Notes: a model not told the origin generated them from the letters alone. DNA of 64,000 nucleotides from an uncultured Candidatus Saccharibacteria bacterium (GCA_963555045.1 CAUVUB010000001.1:186927-250926), one strand, 5' to 3'; numbered from the stretch's first letter, positions 17,960 to 27,434 are shown. Numbers and translations: made by a program.

Positions 17960-18430
17960 TTACCGCATTTGCTGGAACCGATCGCCCTCTTCTGCAACCT
18001 TTGCCGTGATCATCTCATTACGAACATCGTAGTAGAGGCCAGGCTCTTTAGCCAAGATCACGCTACCGGCTTCAGTGCTGGACACCATCCAGGTGCCGCT
18101 GTTGCGCAGACGAATCATAACAAACGCAACTGCAGACACTTGTCCGATCGTACGTCCGGAGACACGGACTAGCACCATGTCGGCAATTGACGTAGCGTCG
18201 ACACCCGGGAAGTGCTGAAGCACTTGCTGGGCGATATCCTCATTGGTTTCGTGATCAGCGTCACTGAACATGGCAGCCTGGTCGGCTGCTTTTCCCTGGT
18301 TGGGGAACGTCCACTCAGCTGCATCCAGCTCGCCTGCAGTATTGTACCACAGAGCAGTTACCTGAATCGTCAGTTTTGAGCTGTCTGCCAGACGAGTAGG
18401 ATTGTTGAGAGAGGTAACGGAGTTCGACAT
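17960..18430 (-). CDS. Hypothetical protein (island P2), 156 aa
   Basis: The ATG at 18430 is preceded by AAAGGTGAG. No motif recognised. Confidence 0.55.
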   Translation of the reverse strand: MSNSVTSLNNPTRLADSSKLTIQVTALWYNTAGELDAAEWTFPNQGKAADQAAMFSDADHETNEDIAQQVLQHFPGVDATSIADMVLVRVSGRTIGQVSAVAFVMIRLRNSGTWMVSSTEAGSVILAKEPGLYYDVRNEMITAKVAEEGDRFQQMR

Positions 18431-18557
18431 TGCGATCTCACCTTTCAAACTTGGGTTTCGCATACTGTATACGAAACGGGTCAAATGTACACTTAACTGC
18501 TGTCAGTTAAGTATGCTTAAATGTTACCATATAACATAATAAATGTCAATCATACGA

Positions 18558-18641
18558 CAAAAGAAAAACCCCAGCTAGGGGCGAAGTGATTATGGCGCAC
18601 ACATGTGTGCTGCTATAACCACCTCAAGCCATTAGCTGGGG
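18558..18641 (-). terminator. Nested-loop terminator after island gene P3
   Basis: Outer stem CCCCAGCTA/TAGCTGGGG (18569-18577 / 18633-18641) encloses an inner palindrome GCACACATGTGTGC. The minus strand then reads TTTTTCTTTTG. Confidence 0.6.
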
Positions 18642-18656
18642 TGAAATGTCACAGCT

Positions 18657-19463
18657 CTAATTAGCAGTAAGAGCGATGACAAATGGTTTAGTTTCACTAC
18701 ACATATACTGTAGAGCTGATTCCTCCTTCGTGGATATGGGCGCCTGCGGATCAGGGTTCAGATATAACAGAAGCCCGGTCGGCTTATGCAGCGGCGCGCT
18801 ACTTATGTCGGTAGAGTTTTGCTGCGAGCGTAGTATCTGCTGCTCAATCTCAGGGAAAATAGAGCTATCTTCCAAATCTACTTCCCTGCTAATCATGGTG
18901 ATATTAAACTGATCGTAATCAGCCCGAGCTTCCTCTCCTGAATGAATGGTTTTATCATCCAGACGAGTGGATAGCGCCATGAGCAGACCATGTAAGAGCT
19001 CTGACCGTACCTTGTCTTCTCCTGGGTTATAGACAGTGAGTACATAAAACAGTAGGTTTAGTACTGCACTAGCACTTGCTCGCCGGTCGGCTCGCAGATC
19101 ACTGACGACAGCCTGTAGCCCCTCGTTTGGTTTTGGCAGCTTTGCTATCTTTTGCTCGATAACTTGCTTTAGTAGAGGCAAAGAAGACTGGTAGCGCATT
19201 AGCCACTGATTCAGTGGTAACTCTACGAGCGTATCTGCAGGGTCTAGTGCGCCTGCTAGCTTTTCTTGTACTTCTGGCAGTGATAGTTCATTGTCAGGGC
19301 CCGAAAACTGATCGATAGAATCTGTAATGGCACTGAACTTTTCTTGTACTTCGCCCAAGGTGGGGTCACTGCCGCTAGCATTTGGTGGGTTAATCCCATG
19401 CGGATCGCTCTTGTTCAGTGCTTGTTGAATAGATTCCAGGTCAGGAGTTTCGTTGGTAGCCAA
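18657..19463 (-). CDS. Hypothetical protein (island P3), 268 aa, acidic low-complexity N-terminus
   Basis: A TTG start is preceded by AAGGAAGGAG. It lies 34 nt after the P4 stop, so the two are probably co-transcribed. Confidence 0.6.
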   Translation of the reverse strand: MATNETPDLESIQQALNKSDPHGINPPNASGSDPTLGEVQEKFSAITDSIDQFSGPDNELSLPEVQEKLAGALDPADTLVELPLNQWLMRYQSSLPLLKQVIEQKIAKLPKPNEGLQAVVSDLRADRRASASAVLNLLFYVLTVYNPGEDKVRSELLHGLLMALSTRLDDKTIHSGEEARADYDQFNITMISREVDLEDSSIFPEIEQQILRSQQNSTDISSAPLHKPTGLLLYLNPDPQAPISTKEESALQYMCSETKPFVIALTAN

Positions 19464-19497
19464 TGTGGCTCCTTCCTTTTGAGGCGCCGTAGCAAAA

Positions 19498-20235
19498 CTA
19501 CAACGCTATATGAACAGACGGTAGTGGTACGCCACCATGGTATAACTGCACAGTAGCATTACCTTCATTGTTTGCGTTTGAGAAGGCCTTCACTATTTGC
19601 CTCATGCGCGTAAATGGCATTTGTGATGTCAGCTGTAAGGCTGATATGTCAATGTTGTGCACAATATACGATGGCCTATCCACTTCTTGGTAATAGCTCG
19701 TTGCCAGTTCACCAAGCATCAGGCTACTAGGTAGCGTTAATACCGGGCGCGAGTCACTGCTTGCCACAAGAGACGAGGACACATAAAGTGGTGCACTCGT
19801 ATCCTGCGTTACCGGGGCCACCGATAGTAGCACTAGCTTGCGTAGACTCTTGCCTGGCAGTTCTGCCGTAGTTATGGACAGTTTGATTGCACCTCGTAGC
19901 CACTGAAACGCAACGTGCGGATCGACAAGAAGCTGCCGAGCGAGCGCCACGTTAAACGCTTTAGTATATATCCCTGAGTAGGCATCCATTAGCTTGGACA
20001 GGGCGAGGTTGAAGAGCTTTTTACTACTATAATCAAACGGACCGTTTTGTGTATTTTCTACCACTGGCTGTGATAGATGAACAAAAGGTGTCGTATAGAT
20101 ACGTATATCCTTTATGGATAACTCTGGTGATGCTGGCCAGTAGGCTAACACTCCCGTTAAGGTAGAGGCATAGGCTTTTGGTGCAGCACAGCCGTCTAGT
20201 AAGAGTTTTCTCGTGAGGTGTGAGGTTAGGCTCAC
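19498..20235 (-). CDS. Hypothetical protein (island P4), 245 aa
   Basis: A GTG start is preceded by GAAAGGAG, with a TATACT box further upstream. No motif recognised. Confidence 0.6.
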   Translation of the reverse strand: MSLTSHLTRKLLLDGCAAPKAYASTLTGVLAYWPASPELSIKDIRIYTTPFVHLSQPVVENTQNGPFDYSSKKLFNLALSKLMDAYSGIYTKAFNVALARQLLVDPHVAFQWLRGAIKLSITTAELPGKSLRKLVLLSVAPVTQDTSAPLYVSSSLVASSDSRPVLTLPSSLMLGELATSYYQEVDRPSYIVHNIDISALQLTSQMPFTRMRQIVKAFSNANNEGNATVQLYHGGVPLPSVHIAL

Positions 20236-20463
20236 AAATCTCCTTTCTGCAGTATATGAATATGTGAAAGATCACTATGCGGCGGCTAGGGACGCCACTC
20301 GGGCATAGTCTTACCTATTGTAACAAAAAATGTTCTAAAAAAAGAAGCCCCACGGTTAAGGGAGCTTCTTTAATATGCACATTATGTAGCGCAGGAGCTC
20401 AACCAAGCAGTGGGGCTGGTAGCTATGCGTTTACAATAGAAGTGCAGTTAGGTAACTGTGCCG

Positions 20464-20598
20464 TTATGGGCGACGGTTACCGCCCGGAGATCCTAAACTC
20501 CATTTGTCGTCTCCAGGTTGGGTGGTGATGCCAGCTGCAGAAGATTGTTCTGTAGCTTCATCGTCGATCTTTGCATTATTTGCTGATTTGTTGGCCAT
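20464..20598 (-). CDS. Small hydrophilic ORF, 44 aa
   Basis: AGGAGG (20605-20610) lies 6 nt before the ATG at 20598. The ORF starts 30 nt after the P5 stop and a hairpin terminator sits near 20340-20372. Below the ORF-track cutoff. Confidence 0.4.
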   Translation of the reverse strand: MANKSANNAKIDDEATEQSSAAGITTQPGDDKWSLGSPGGNRRP

Positions 20599-20627
20599 GA
20601 TAACCTCCTAATGTGAAAGTGAAACGT

Positions 20628-21605
20628 CTACCTGCTCGTAGCGTTGACGTAGAGCGTTTCAATATTCTGTGAAACCTTTGCTTGCTTAAGGAGCTGAGCA
20701 ATGGTGTCGTCGTCGTGCACACGATAAGTGCTAAATAGGCAGGAGCGATGCACCGGCCCAAACCGCAATAGCGACTCCATACGAGTGCCAGCAGGTCCAA
20801 AGCCGTCTGCAAGTAGCATCATGAGCGTGAGGTTGTTCACGCCATCAATGCGCTTGAGACTGAGCTTTTGATGGTGGGGCTCAGGACATTTTTCTACTAA
20901 CTTCTGATACCGACGGGCAACCGTAAGTAGCTGACGCACTTCATTATCTCCAGACATAAACCCCTCTTGGTCGCTCATGCGGCGCTTGGGGGCTACTGGT
21001 ACAATGAGATGTGGCAATACCAGAGGGTCCTTTTTGCCAAACTCCTTCTTTACGAAGACAATAAACCCAAGTAGCGTTGCCTGATCTAGGCGCTGCGCCA
21101 TCGAGTTGATCTTGATGCTTTGCTCTGATCCAAACGAGCCTTGCTCGCTGCTGAGTGCGTGCTCAGTAGCCGAGCTTGGACGGGTTTCGTAGTACGCCCT
21201 CACCTCGCAGGCATCAGGATGAAACTGATTATCAAACGCTGCGCTGATGTAGTTGCGTACTACCTCATCAAGGCGGACCTGGACTCGGTCAACATAGCCT
21301 GCCCTACACAGGTATTCCAGTTGGTCAAGCTTCGGATCGCTGCCGTGAGGTGGCTTTATGAGCGAGATAAACTCACTGATATTTGCCAGTGGCAGTTTAC
21401 TGATCTCGCATGAAGCAATATTTGTGTTTTGCACATTTGCTTGCTCACGCCTCTGCGCCCGAAGCACATACCGTAGCTTTTCTAAATCGGAGCCCTCGCT
21501 GCTTGCCCGACGACAAGATGCTCCCAGTGTAACAATCGGCGCACCGACCCCTTCATTGTAAGAAGAGTGATCTGAGCGGGTCTGTTCTAGCATAGTGACG
21601 GTCAT
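20628..21605 (-). CDS. Hypothetical protein (island P5), about 325 aa
   Basis: Long clean ORF. The likely start is the ATG at 21605 (GGTGA upstream) rather than the one at 21662. No motif recognised. Confidence 0.6.
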   Translation of the reverse strand: MTVTMLEQTRSDHSSYNEGVGAPIVTLGASCRRASSEGSDLEKLRYVLRAQRREQANVQNTNIASCEISKLPLANISEFISLIKPPHGSDPKLDQLEYLCRAGYVDRVQVRLDEVVRNYISAAFDNQFHPDACEVRAYYETRPSSATEHALSSEQGSFGSEQSIKINSMAQRLDQATLLGFIVFVKKEFGKKDPLVLPHLIVPVAPKRRMSDQEGFMSGDNEVRQLLTVARRYQKLVEKCPEPHHQKLSLKRIDGVNNLTLMMLLADGFGPAGTRMESLLRFGPVHRSCLFSTYRVHDDDTIAQLLKQAKVSQNIETLYVNATSR

Positions 21606-21775
21606 GGTAAAAATCACCAAACTTTCATAATTGTAAACGTATACTGTCAAAGAGCGTGCCATAGCTGGTTGCTATAGCAGCAATTCAGGCTAAAAGCCGT
21701 ATATCACCATATGTGATAATAACTACAATACCATAGCATAGGTGGTAGCACAAGAATGATCTATGTTGCTGATTA

Positions 21776-21813
21776 TGATAAAACCCCCATGCCAGCGCAG
21801 GCTAACATGGGGG
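21776..21813 (-). terminator. Intrinsic terminator after island gene P6
   Basis: Stem CCCCCATG/CATGGGGG (21784-21791 / 21806-21813). On the minus strand it is followed by TTTTATC. Confidence 0.75.
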
Positions 21814-21866
21814 TAGTCATTGGTTCTATGTGAGAACCAATATGCTGCTACGTATAGCTATGAGCC

Positions 21867-22683
21867 TTATGCTGCCTGATTGCTACGTTGCTGCTGGTTT
21901 GCTGCAACACGCTGCCAGTACCCTTCTTCCCGCTCGAGTAGAGCTTGAGATAGGCTGTCTGCGCCTGCGCACACTTCTTCACGGCTCTTCGGAGCAAGAC
22001 GCCCGCGGTACTTAGGGTTCACGTCATCTGGGACGTGGAATCCAAAGCGATCCATAACCATAACAACTCCCTGGCCGCCCTGGCTACTGGACAGTGCTTC
22101 AAGGAATTCCTTGCGCAGGTAGACAATTTCACCTTCACTCCCCCTTGGAATAGCATTGCTGCTGATGGTGGCGGCAATTAGCACCACCAGGTCGAACAGG
22201 CTCTGCAGCTGGCTCTGGATGGGCAGAATCTCTAGTGCTCCACCTTTCCGCTTCTGGTTGACGATACCAAGCAAAACAGTCTGCTCGTCGGTCACCTTTT
22301 CGGTAATGAGCCAAACCTCACCACCTGGGAACCCTGCGATACCATCAGTAGGTTCTGGATCATGATCATCCTTGGGTGTTACCAGGTAGACCGCTTCACG
22401 GATGGCATTAACGCCAAGTTCAACTGCTTGGGTATCTTCGGTGGCGTCAAGGCCTAGTAGAGTGCCAATATAGCCCTCTGCCTCGTAGGTTACACCTTCC
22501 TTGAGTGACAGTATCACCTTTACCCACTGCTGTGATTTTAACTGACAAATGCTTACGCATACGGCCGATCTTAACGACAGACATGCGCTCATTATTTTCC
22601 GGGTCCAGGCGCTCGCTAGGAAACTCCTGGTCGATAAGGGTGACCTCATTCTGAGCCAAAGTAGCAGCAGTAGTGTTTGACAT
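21867..22683 (-). pseudogene. Hypothetical protein (island P6) split by an apparent +1 frameshift near 22500-22535
   Basis: The N-terminal 60 or so codons (MSNTTAATLAQNEV...SVKITAVGK) are in one frame, with GGAG upstream of the ATG at 22683. The remaining 220 or so codons (VILSLKEGVTYEAEGY...) are in the +1 frame. Confidence 0.45.
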
Positions 22684-22899
22684 AATCAAACTCCAATCTG
22701 TAGAGTAGTAGCAATAAAAAATTGGTTCAATCACATTATCAATGTACGGTTGATGGGAGCGCCGTTAGGACGCTACGACCAAGAGACATATGAACATATA
22801 ATTGAACCGCCGAAGCGATACGAGTAGCTTACTGTTGTAAGTTTGTCATATGTCGGTGAACGAATAATACCAGAAACTATACCAGAGCGCAAGGGCTAA

Positions 22900-22972
22900 T
22901 AGAAAAAGCCCCCTTAGGAGCTCACCTTATCAGTGTACTTGTAGCACATAGATAAAGGAGCGTCCTAAGGGG
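22900..22972 (-). terminator. Nested-loop terminator after island gene P7
   Basis: Outer 10-bp stem CCCCTTAGGA/TCCTAAGGGG (22910-22919 / 22963-22972). On the minus strand it is followed by GCTTTTTCT. Confidence 0.6.
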
Positions 22973-23001
22973 TGATAGATAGTAGGAGTATAGCGGGTGA
23001 C

Positions 23002-23706
23002 TTACTTGTCTTTGTGAAGCGTAAGTATCTCAGCACGAGGGAAACATTCCCATTCGCTCTTCCTGCTATTGGCGTTTCCATGCCATGCTACACCGATTGC
23101 TACAGACACAGAACTACTCTTGGCACCGACTGGGTCAAAAAATAGTATTTTCTCGGTTGATGGCCCGCAGGATGCCTGACTCATAACTATCTTGCCAATC
23201 TCGCGTCCCAGGTGTGAGTCCTGGCCAAGTTGTTGGCAATTGATAATTGCAGAGCTGACATTCTTGGTGATAGCAAGAATCCCTACTGTATCGATATGCT
23301 CGATATTGTCAACAGTGTAGCAGCTACAGATGAACTTAAAACTCACCCCCTCGTCCTCTGGACGTTTGCCAAAGAGCTCTTCAAGCACCTTCACACCTTC
23401 CGTATCAAGTTCTGAACTTGTTGGATCTGATGGATTATTGACGTTATCTATCGCCGAGGTGTGTTCTTGCGCTTGAGCAAGGTTCTGTTTTAAAGAATCA
23501 GCTACTCCTTCAGGTAAATTAATACCCTTCAGTTTATCGGCTAGAGTCTTTACTGTTGGTAGTAAAGATTTTACCCTCCCCGCTTCTTCCTCATCTTTTG
23601 AGTCAAGTGAGAATAGCTGTATAGTAGCCTTTTCATCTGAGGGTGGGTCTAGGCTCGGATTTAAGGTTGGATTAGACTGTTGCCTAAATGGAAATGTCAT
23701 AAGCAT
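23002..23706 (-). CDS. Hypothetical protein (island P7), 234 aa, acidic/Pro-rich N-terminus
   Basis: Clean ORF with an extended -10 (TGGTATACT) at 23788-23796. No motif recognised. Confidence 0.6.
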   Translation of the reverse strand: MLMTFPFRQQSNPTLNPSLDPPSDEKATIQLFSLDSKDEEEAGRVKSLLPTVKTLADKLKGINLPEGVADSLKQNLAQAQEHTSAIDNVNNPSDPTSSELDTEGVKVLEELFGKRPEDEGVSFKFICSCYTVDNIEHIDTVGILAITKNVSSAIINCQQLGQDSHLGREIGKIVMSQASCGPSTEKILFFDPVGAKSSSVSVAIGVAWHGNANSRKSEWECFPRAEILTLHKDK

Positions 23707-23844
23707 GACCTACTTTCTACTAAGGTACAAATAGCAATGAGCGGGGGTGCTCAATGCCAATTGTGGCAAGCTTGTCACAATACATATAGTATACCATAAG
23801 CAAAGAAAAACCACAATCAACGATGATTGTGGTGAATAATTGCT

Positions 23845-23918
23845 TGGCTGGGGATGAGGGATTCGAACCCCCGATCACGGGACCAGAACCCGCTGCCTTA
23901 CCACTTGGCCAATCCCCA
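23845..23918 (-). tRNA. tRNA-Gln (anticodon CUG), CCA encoded
   Basis: Manual cloverleaf: acceptor TGGGGAT/ATCCCCA with U1-A72, anticodon loop TTCTGGT, T-loop TTCGAAT. Confidence 0.9.
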
Positions 23919-24133
23919 AGATGTTTATTATTGTAGCCTATTTTATAGGCGCTGTCTAGACTATTTTTACTAAAGTATGTGCCGCACTGCCCTGTTTTTG
24001 CGCCTTGTTGGGATAAGGTTCATAATAAAAGCAGCCCCGCGGGGGAAGCGAGGCTGCGAAGGAGTGAGTGTATATTGAATGAAACAGGGGGTGGAAAACG
24101 TCGGATAGCAGCTATTCTACGTAGCGGGGGAAG

Positions 24134-24595
24134 CTACGAAATAGCTACAAGACGCATCTGACCGGTGGTATACTTCGTGGTCCACTCAAACGTATCACGA
24201 ATGCTACGACCGATAAGAGTTTTTCCTAGTGGACTATCGACCGAGATACGCCCATCGCTTGGGTTAGCCTCGATACTATTCACTAGGGTGTAGCGCACGC
24301 GCTTACCGTGTTGATCAATCAGATCAACCACCGAACCAAGCGCAACCTTGACGCGATTACGCTTGGCCGGTAACAGCTTGGCGCGCGCTAAGAGGTTATT
24401 CTTTTCGTAGATTTCTTGTTCGATAGCTTCTAGTTCGAACAGTAGTTCCCCACGTTCTTGGCGGGCTTCACGGTTTTGGCGTTTATCAGTGCTATGAAGT
24501 TGCTGCGTGATTGATACCAGCTTCTTTTCTAGCGATTGTAGTTCTTTCTTCAGTTCTTTAAAACCTTTTTTGCTCAAAAAAATGTCGTTCGTCAT
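24134..24595 (-). CDS. greA: Transcription elongation factor GreA family
   Basis: 153 aa with an N-terminal coiled-coil and a C-terminal GreA/B domain (SPLGKTLIGRSIRDTFEW). Confidence 0.8.
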   Translation of the reverse strand: MTNDIFLSKKGFKELKKELQSLEKKLVSITQQLHSTDKRQNREARQERGELLFELEAIEQEIYEKNNLLARAKLLPAKRNRVKVALGSVVDLIDQHGKRVRYTLVNSIEANPSDGRISVDSPLGKTLIGRSIRDTFEWTTKYTTGQMRLVAIS

Positions 24596-24738
24596 ACATT
24601 ACCTTTCGAGTTATTTGTGAGTGTGGCAGGGGTTGAAGTTGTGGTGGAGTTCCCTGCTACACCCCTATAATGCCATGCTTATCTGAATTCTATCTGAAGA
24701 TTTTGGATAATTTTATAGAAAATGCTTATGAGAGTATG

Positions 24739-25713
24739 TTACTGGGGTAAACTGAGGGTAAACGTGGTGCATTCACCTGGTTTGCTCTGCACTGAAATGG
24801 TGCTGCGGTTCAGTTTTACTAGCTTTTGCGCTAGTGCAAGCCCAAGCCCATACCCTCGCGTAGGGTGCGTGTGGCCACTACGGGAGCTATCGCTTTGGTA
24901 GAAGCGGGTAAAGATGTGCGGAATATCTTTTGCGGCGATTCCCTTTCCCTTGTTTGTGATTTGCACCACGATACGGCCAGGTCGGCGCTGCAAATGGAGT
25001 GTAATCGGCGTGTTGGGGTAGGAATACTTCAGCGCATTGTCGATAATAATAGTGAAAATCTCCATCATACTCGCTGGGTTGATGGTGGCATTATACCGAG
25101 AGGTAGCGCTTCTTTGCGTGATATGAATGCGGCTCGCATCGGCCGAGAAACGCTCTCGAGTGCGGTGAAGTAGTTGTGAGATACTAGTTTTCTCGACAGC
25201 GTTGTTTTGCTCATCTTTGGCTGCTAATGCTAGCAGTACACTGGTAAGCTCGGTAAGTGAGTTAATCTCTTCCAGTGTGCTTTCCATGGTGGCAGCCATA
25301 TCTTTTTTACTCATGTGTGGATCCCGCAGGGCGAGTTCGAGCTCCATTTTCATATTGGCAAGCGGCGTGCGAAACTCATGACTGGCATCGCTGGTGAAGC
25401 GCTGCTGAGCAGCTAAAGCTTCGCTGATTGGCCGTAGTGTGCGGCGAGCTAAAAAGTAAGCACCGAGCCCACCGGCAGCAAGTACCAAAAGATTCATATA
25501 GACCAAACTTTCAGCCATATTGCGGGCTGTGGTATTGAGCTCTTGGTTGCGTAAGTCGAGGTGTTTTGCGGTAGTATTTGTTTCAGCATAATGATAAATT
25601 CCCTCTTCAAAACCGATGAGGCGCTGCCGGGTTTCATTGATGGCTGTACCAAAAATAACGATACTAAAAAGCAAACTCACCGACATCAGAATAAGCAAGT
25701 ACCACCCGGTCAA
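24739..25713 (-). CDS. Sensor histidine kinase; start codon uncertain
   Basis: H-box SDASHEFRTPL plus N and G boxes (NALKYS, GYGLGLALA). The frame is open upstream to 25848 without an ATG or GTG. Confidence 0.85.
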   Translation of the reverse strand: MTGWYLLILMSVSLLFSIVIFGTAINETRQRLIGFEEGIYHYAETNTTAKHLDLRNQELNTTARNMAESLVYMNLLVLAAGGLGAYFLARRTLRPISEALAAQQRFTSDASHEFRTPLANMKMELELALRDPHMSKKDMAATMESTLEEINSLTELTSVLLALAAKDEQNNAVEKTSISQLLHRTRERFSADASRIHITQRSATSRYNATINPASMMEIFTIIIDNALKYSYPNTPITLHLQRRPGRIVVQITNKGKGIAAKDIPHIFTRFYQSDSSRSGHTHPTRGYGLGLALAQKLVKLNRSTISVQSKPGECTTFTLSLPQ

Positions 25714-25841
25714 TTTAAGTGTCGCCGACTGGAACAGCGCGGCAGTATGGCTGCGGAACCGGTCGCCACTTTGCCGGATAATATCACTAGCTGCAGTGAA
25801 CGGATCGTACGCTGCTTGCTTTTTGGTGCGCTGTGGAGCCG

Positions 25842-26567
25842 CTATAAATTACCCTCCTCTGGTAATTGTGCCTCAATTTTGTAGCCGAAGCCGCGCACGG
25901 TGGTGATGATGTTTTCTTTGGTGTGCTGGGCAAGCTTTTTACGAAGCTGCTTTATGTGCACTTCAATGGTGTTTGGCAAAATTGTGGCATCAAAATCCCA
26001 AACATGCTCAGCCAGCTGCTCTTTTGATACTACCTGGCCACGGCGCAAAAGAAGATATTCTAGCAAGCCAAATTCTTTGCTTGTCAGTGAAACTGGATTA
26101 CCTGCAAATTGTAGCTGCCGCTGGTTTTGGTCTAGCGTGAAGCCGGCAAAGGTGATTTGCGGTTGCACTGCCCGTGAAGGACGGCGCAACAAAGCGCGCA
26201 CGCGAGCCAAAAGTTCGTCTACGGCAAAAGGTTTTACTAGGTAATCATCGGCGCCAGCATCGAGGCCTGTAGTTTTATCATCGAGTGTTCCGAGCGCGGT
26301 GACCAGTATAGCAGGCGTCATAATCCCCTTACCGCGCAACGTTTTAATAATCTGCACGCCATCGCTAAACAGCGCATCGTCTTGCGGTGATGGTGCACCG
26401 CTGGGCACCATACGGTCAACCAGTAGTGCATCGTAGGTGCTGGCCTGGGCGGCAGCGAGCGCATCAAAGCCGGCGTGCTCAACATCGACAGCGTAGCCCT
26501 CGCTCTCTAACGCTCGCCGCAAGCTGCGGGCAAGTTTCGGTTCATCTTCAAGCACAAGAATACGCAT
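25842..26567 (-). CDS. OmpR/PhoB-family response regulator
   Basis: Receiver domain (MRILVLEDE ... DRMVP) and a winged-helix C-terminal domain (LTSKEFGLLEYLL ... VRGFGYKI). Confidence 0.9.
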   Translation of the reverse strand: MRILVLEDEPKLARSLRRALESEGYAVDVEHAGFDALAAAQASTYDALLVDRMVPSGAPSPQDDALFSDGVQIIKTLRGKGIMTPAILVTALGTLDDKTTGLDAGADDYLVKPFAVDELLARVRALLRRPSRAVQPQITFAGFTLDQNQRQLQFAGNPVSLTSKEFGLLEYLLLRRGQVVSKEQLAEHVWDFDATILPNTIEVHIKQLRKKLAQHTKENIITTVRGFGYKIEAQLPEEGNL

Positions 26568-26610
26568 AACTTATGTTTAGTATACCACGCCAGCCCAAGT
26601 GGCAGCAAAA

Positions 26611-26649
26611 GTAAAAAGCCCCCATCCACAAGATGAATGTGAATGGGGG
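26611..26649 (-). terminator. Intrinsic terminator after the 26666-27037 gene
   Basis: Stem CCCCCAT/ATGGGGG (26619-26625 / 26643-26649). On the minus strand it is followed by CTTTTTAC. Confidence 0.7.
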
Positions 26650-26665
26650 TGGCTGTGATCCTTTC

Positions 26666-27037
26666 TTAATGGTCGTCTTGCTCTTGGTTATGAGCTTGCT
26701 TGGTTGTTAGCCGCTGTTTGATGTCTTCGTCTGTACGGAACTGCCTAAAGAATTCCACGATACGAGGGTGGAATTGAGGTTCCGTAGGAGGAATGACATC
26801 GCAGTGGTGAGCAACCATTGCCATAGTAGTGATGGCGATTCGTGCCATATTGCGTTCTTGTAGCGTCGCAGAAATGGGATACCAGTGGTCACTGAATGCA
26901 TGCCTAGCGGCGGTATAAGACGTGTCATGAAACGAGTTCATGTAGGCAATGTAGCCAGTGATCTCGTAATCAACTACCTGAATCATGGGAATGACCTTGT
27001 CGGCAGTTTCAACGCATGCGTTGAAGCTTTCCGGCAT
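26666..27037 (-). CDS. Hypothetical protein, 123 aa
   Basis: Second gene of a two-gene unit. No motif recognised. Confidence 0.55.
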   Translation of the reverse strand: MPESFNACVETADKVIPMIQVVDYEITGYIAYMNSFHDTSYTAARHAFSDHWYPISATLQERNMARIAITTMAMVAHHCDVIPPTEPQFHPRIVEFFRQFRTDEDIKQRLTTKQAHNQEQDDH

Positions 27038-27096
27038 CTCATATGGCAGCTTGAGGCGATCAGAGAGGATATTCTTCTGTACAATACGACTGCCTT

Positions 27097-27282
27097 TTAC
27101 TGTTTATTCAGTATTTTCATGAGGTCTTCAAAGGTAATGCTCACCCGAGTGCCACCGGATGCGCAGTGTTCCTCCAGGGCTTCTTTAATTGCTTCCTTCG
27201 TCGCCTGTTTGTGTTCTTCGAGCTCACGCCGCGCCTTCTGCGAAGGTGTTTCAGCGTAGTAATCCTCATTGCGGGGGTCCAT
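27097..27282 (-). CDS. Hypothetical small helical protein, 61 aa
   Basis: The SD GAAAGG sits within a purine-rich box related to the 24-nt leader box. The product is charged and looks helical. Confidence 0.5.
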   Translation of the reverse strand: MDPRNEDYYAETPSQKARRELEEHKQATKEAIKEALEEHCASGGTRVSITFEDLMKILNKQ

Positions 27283-27434
27283 GTTGAAACCTTTCTATCT
27301 CTCGTCACAAAACGGATCATACGCTTTCTCTCTAACTAAGAAAACCATATTCTCAAAGTACACACAGCCAAGCCCACGGGATGCAGGCCTGCGACAAAAA
27401 CTGTGCGCCACGCATTTTGTGAGCTAGTAAGTCT

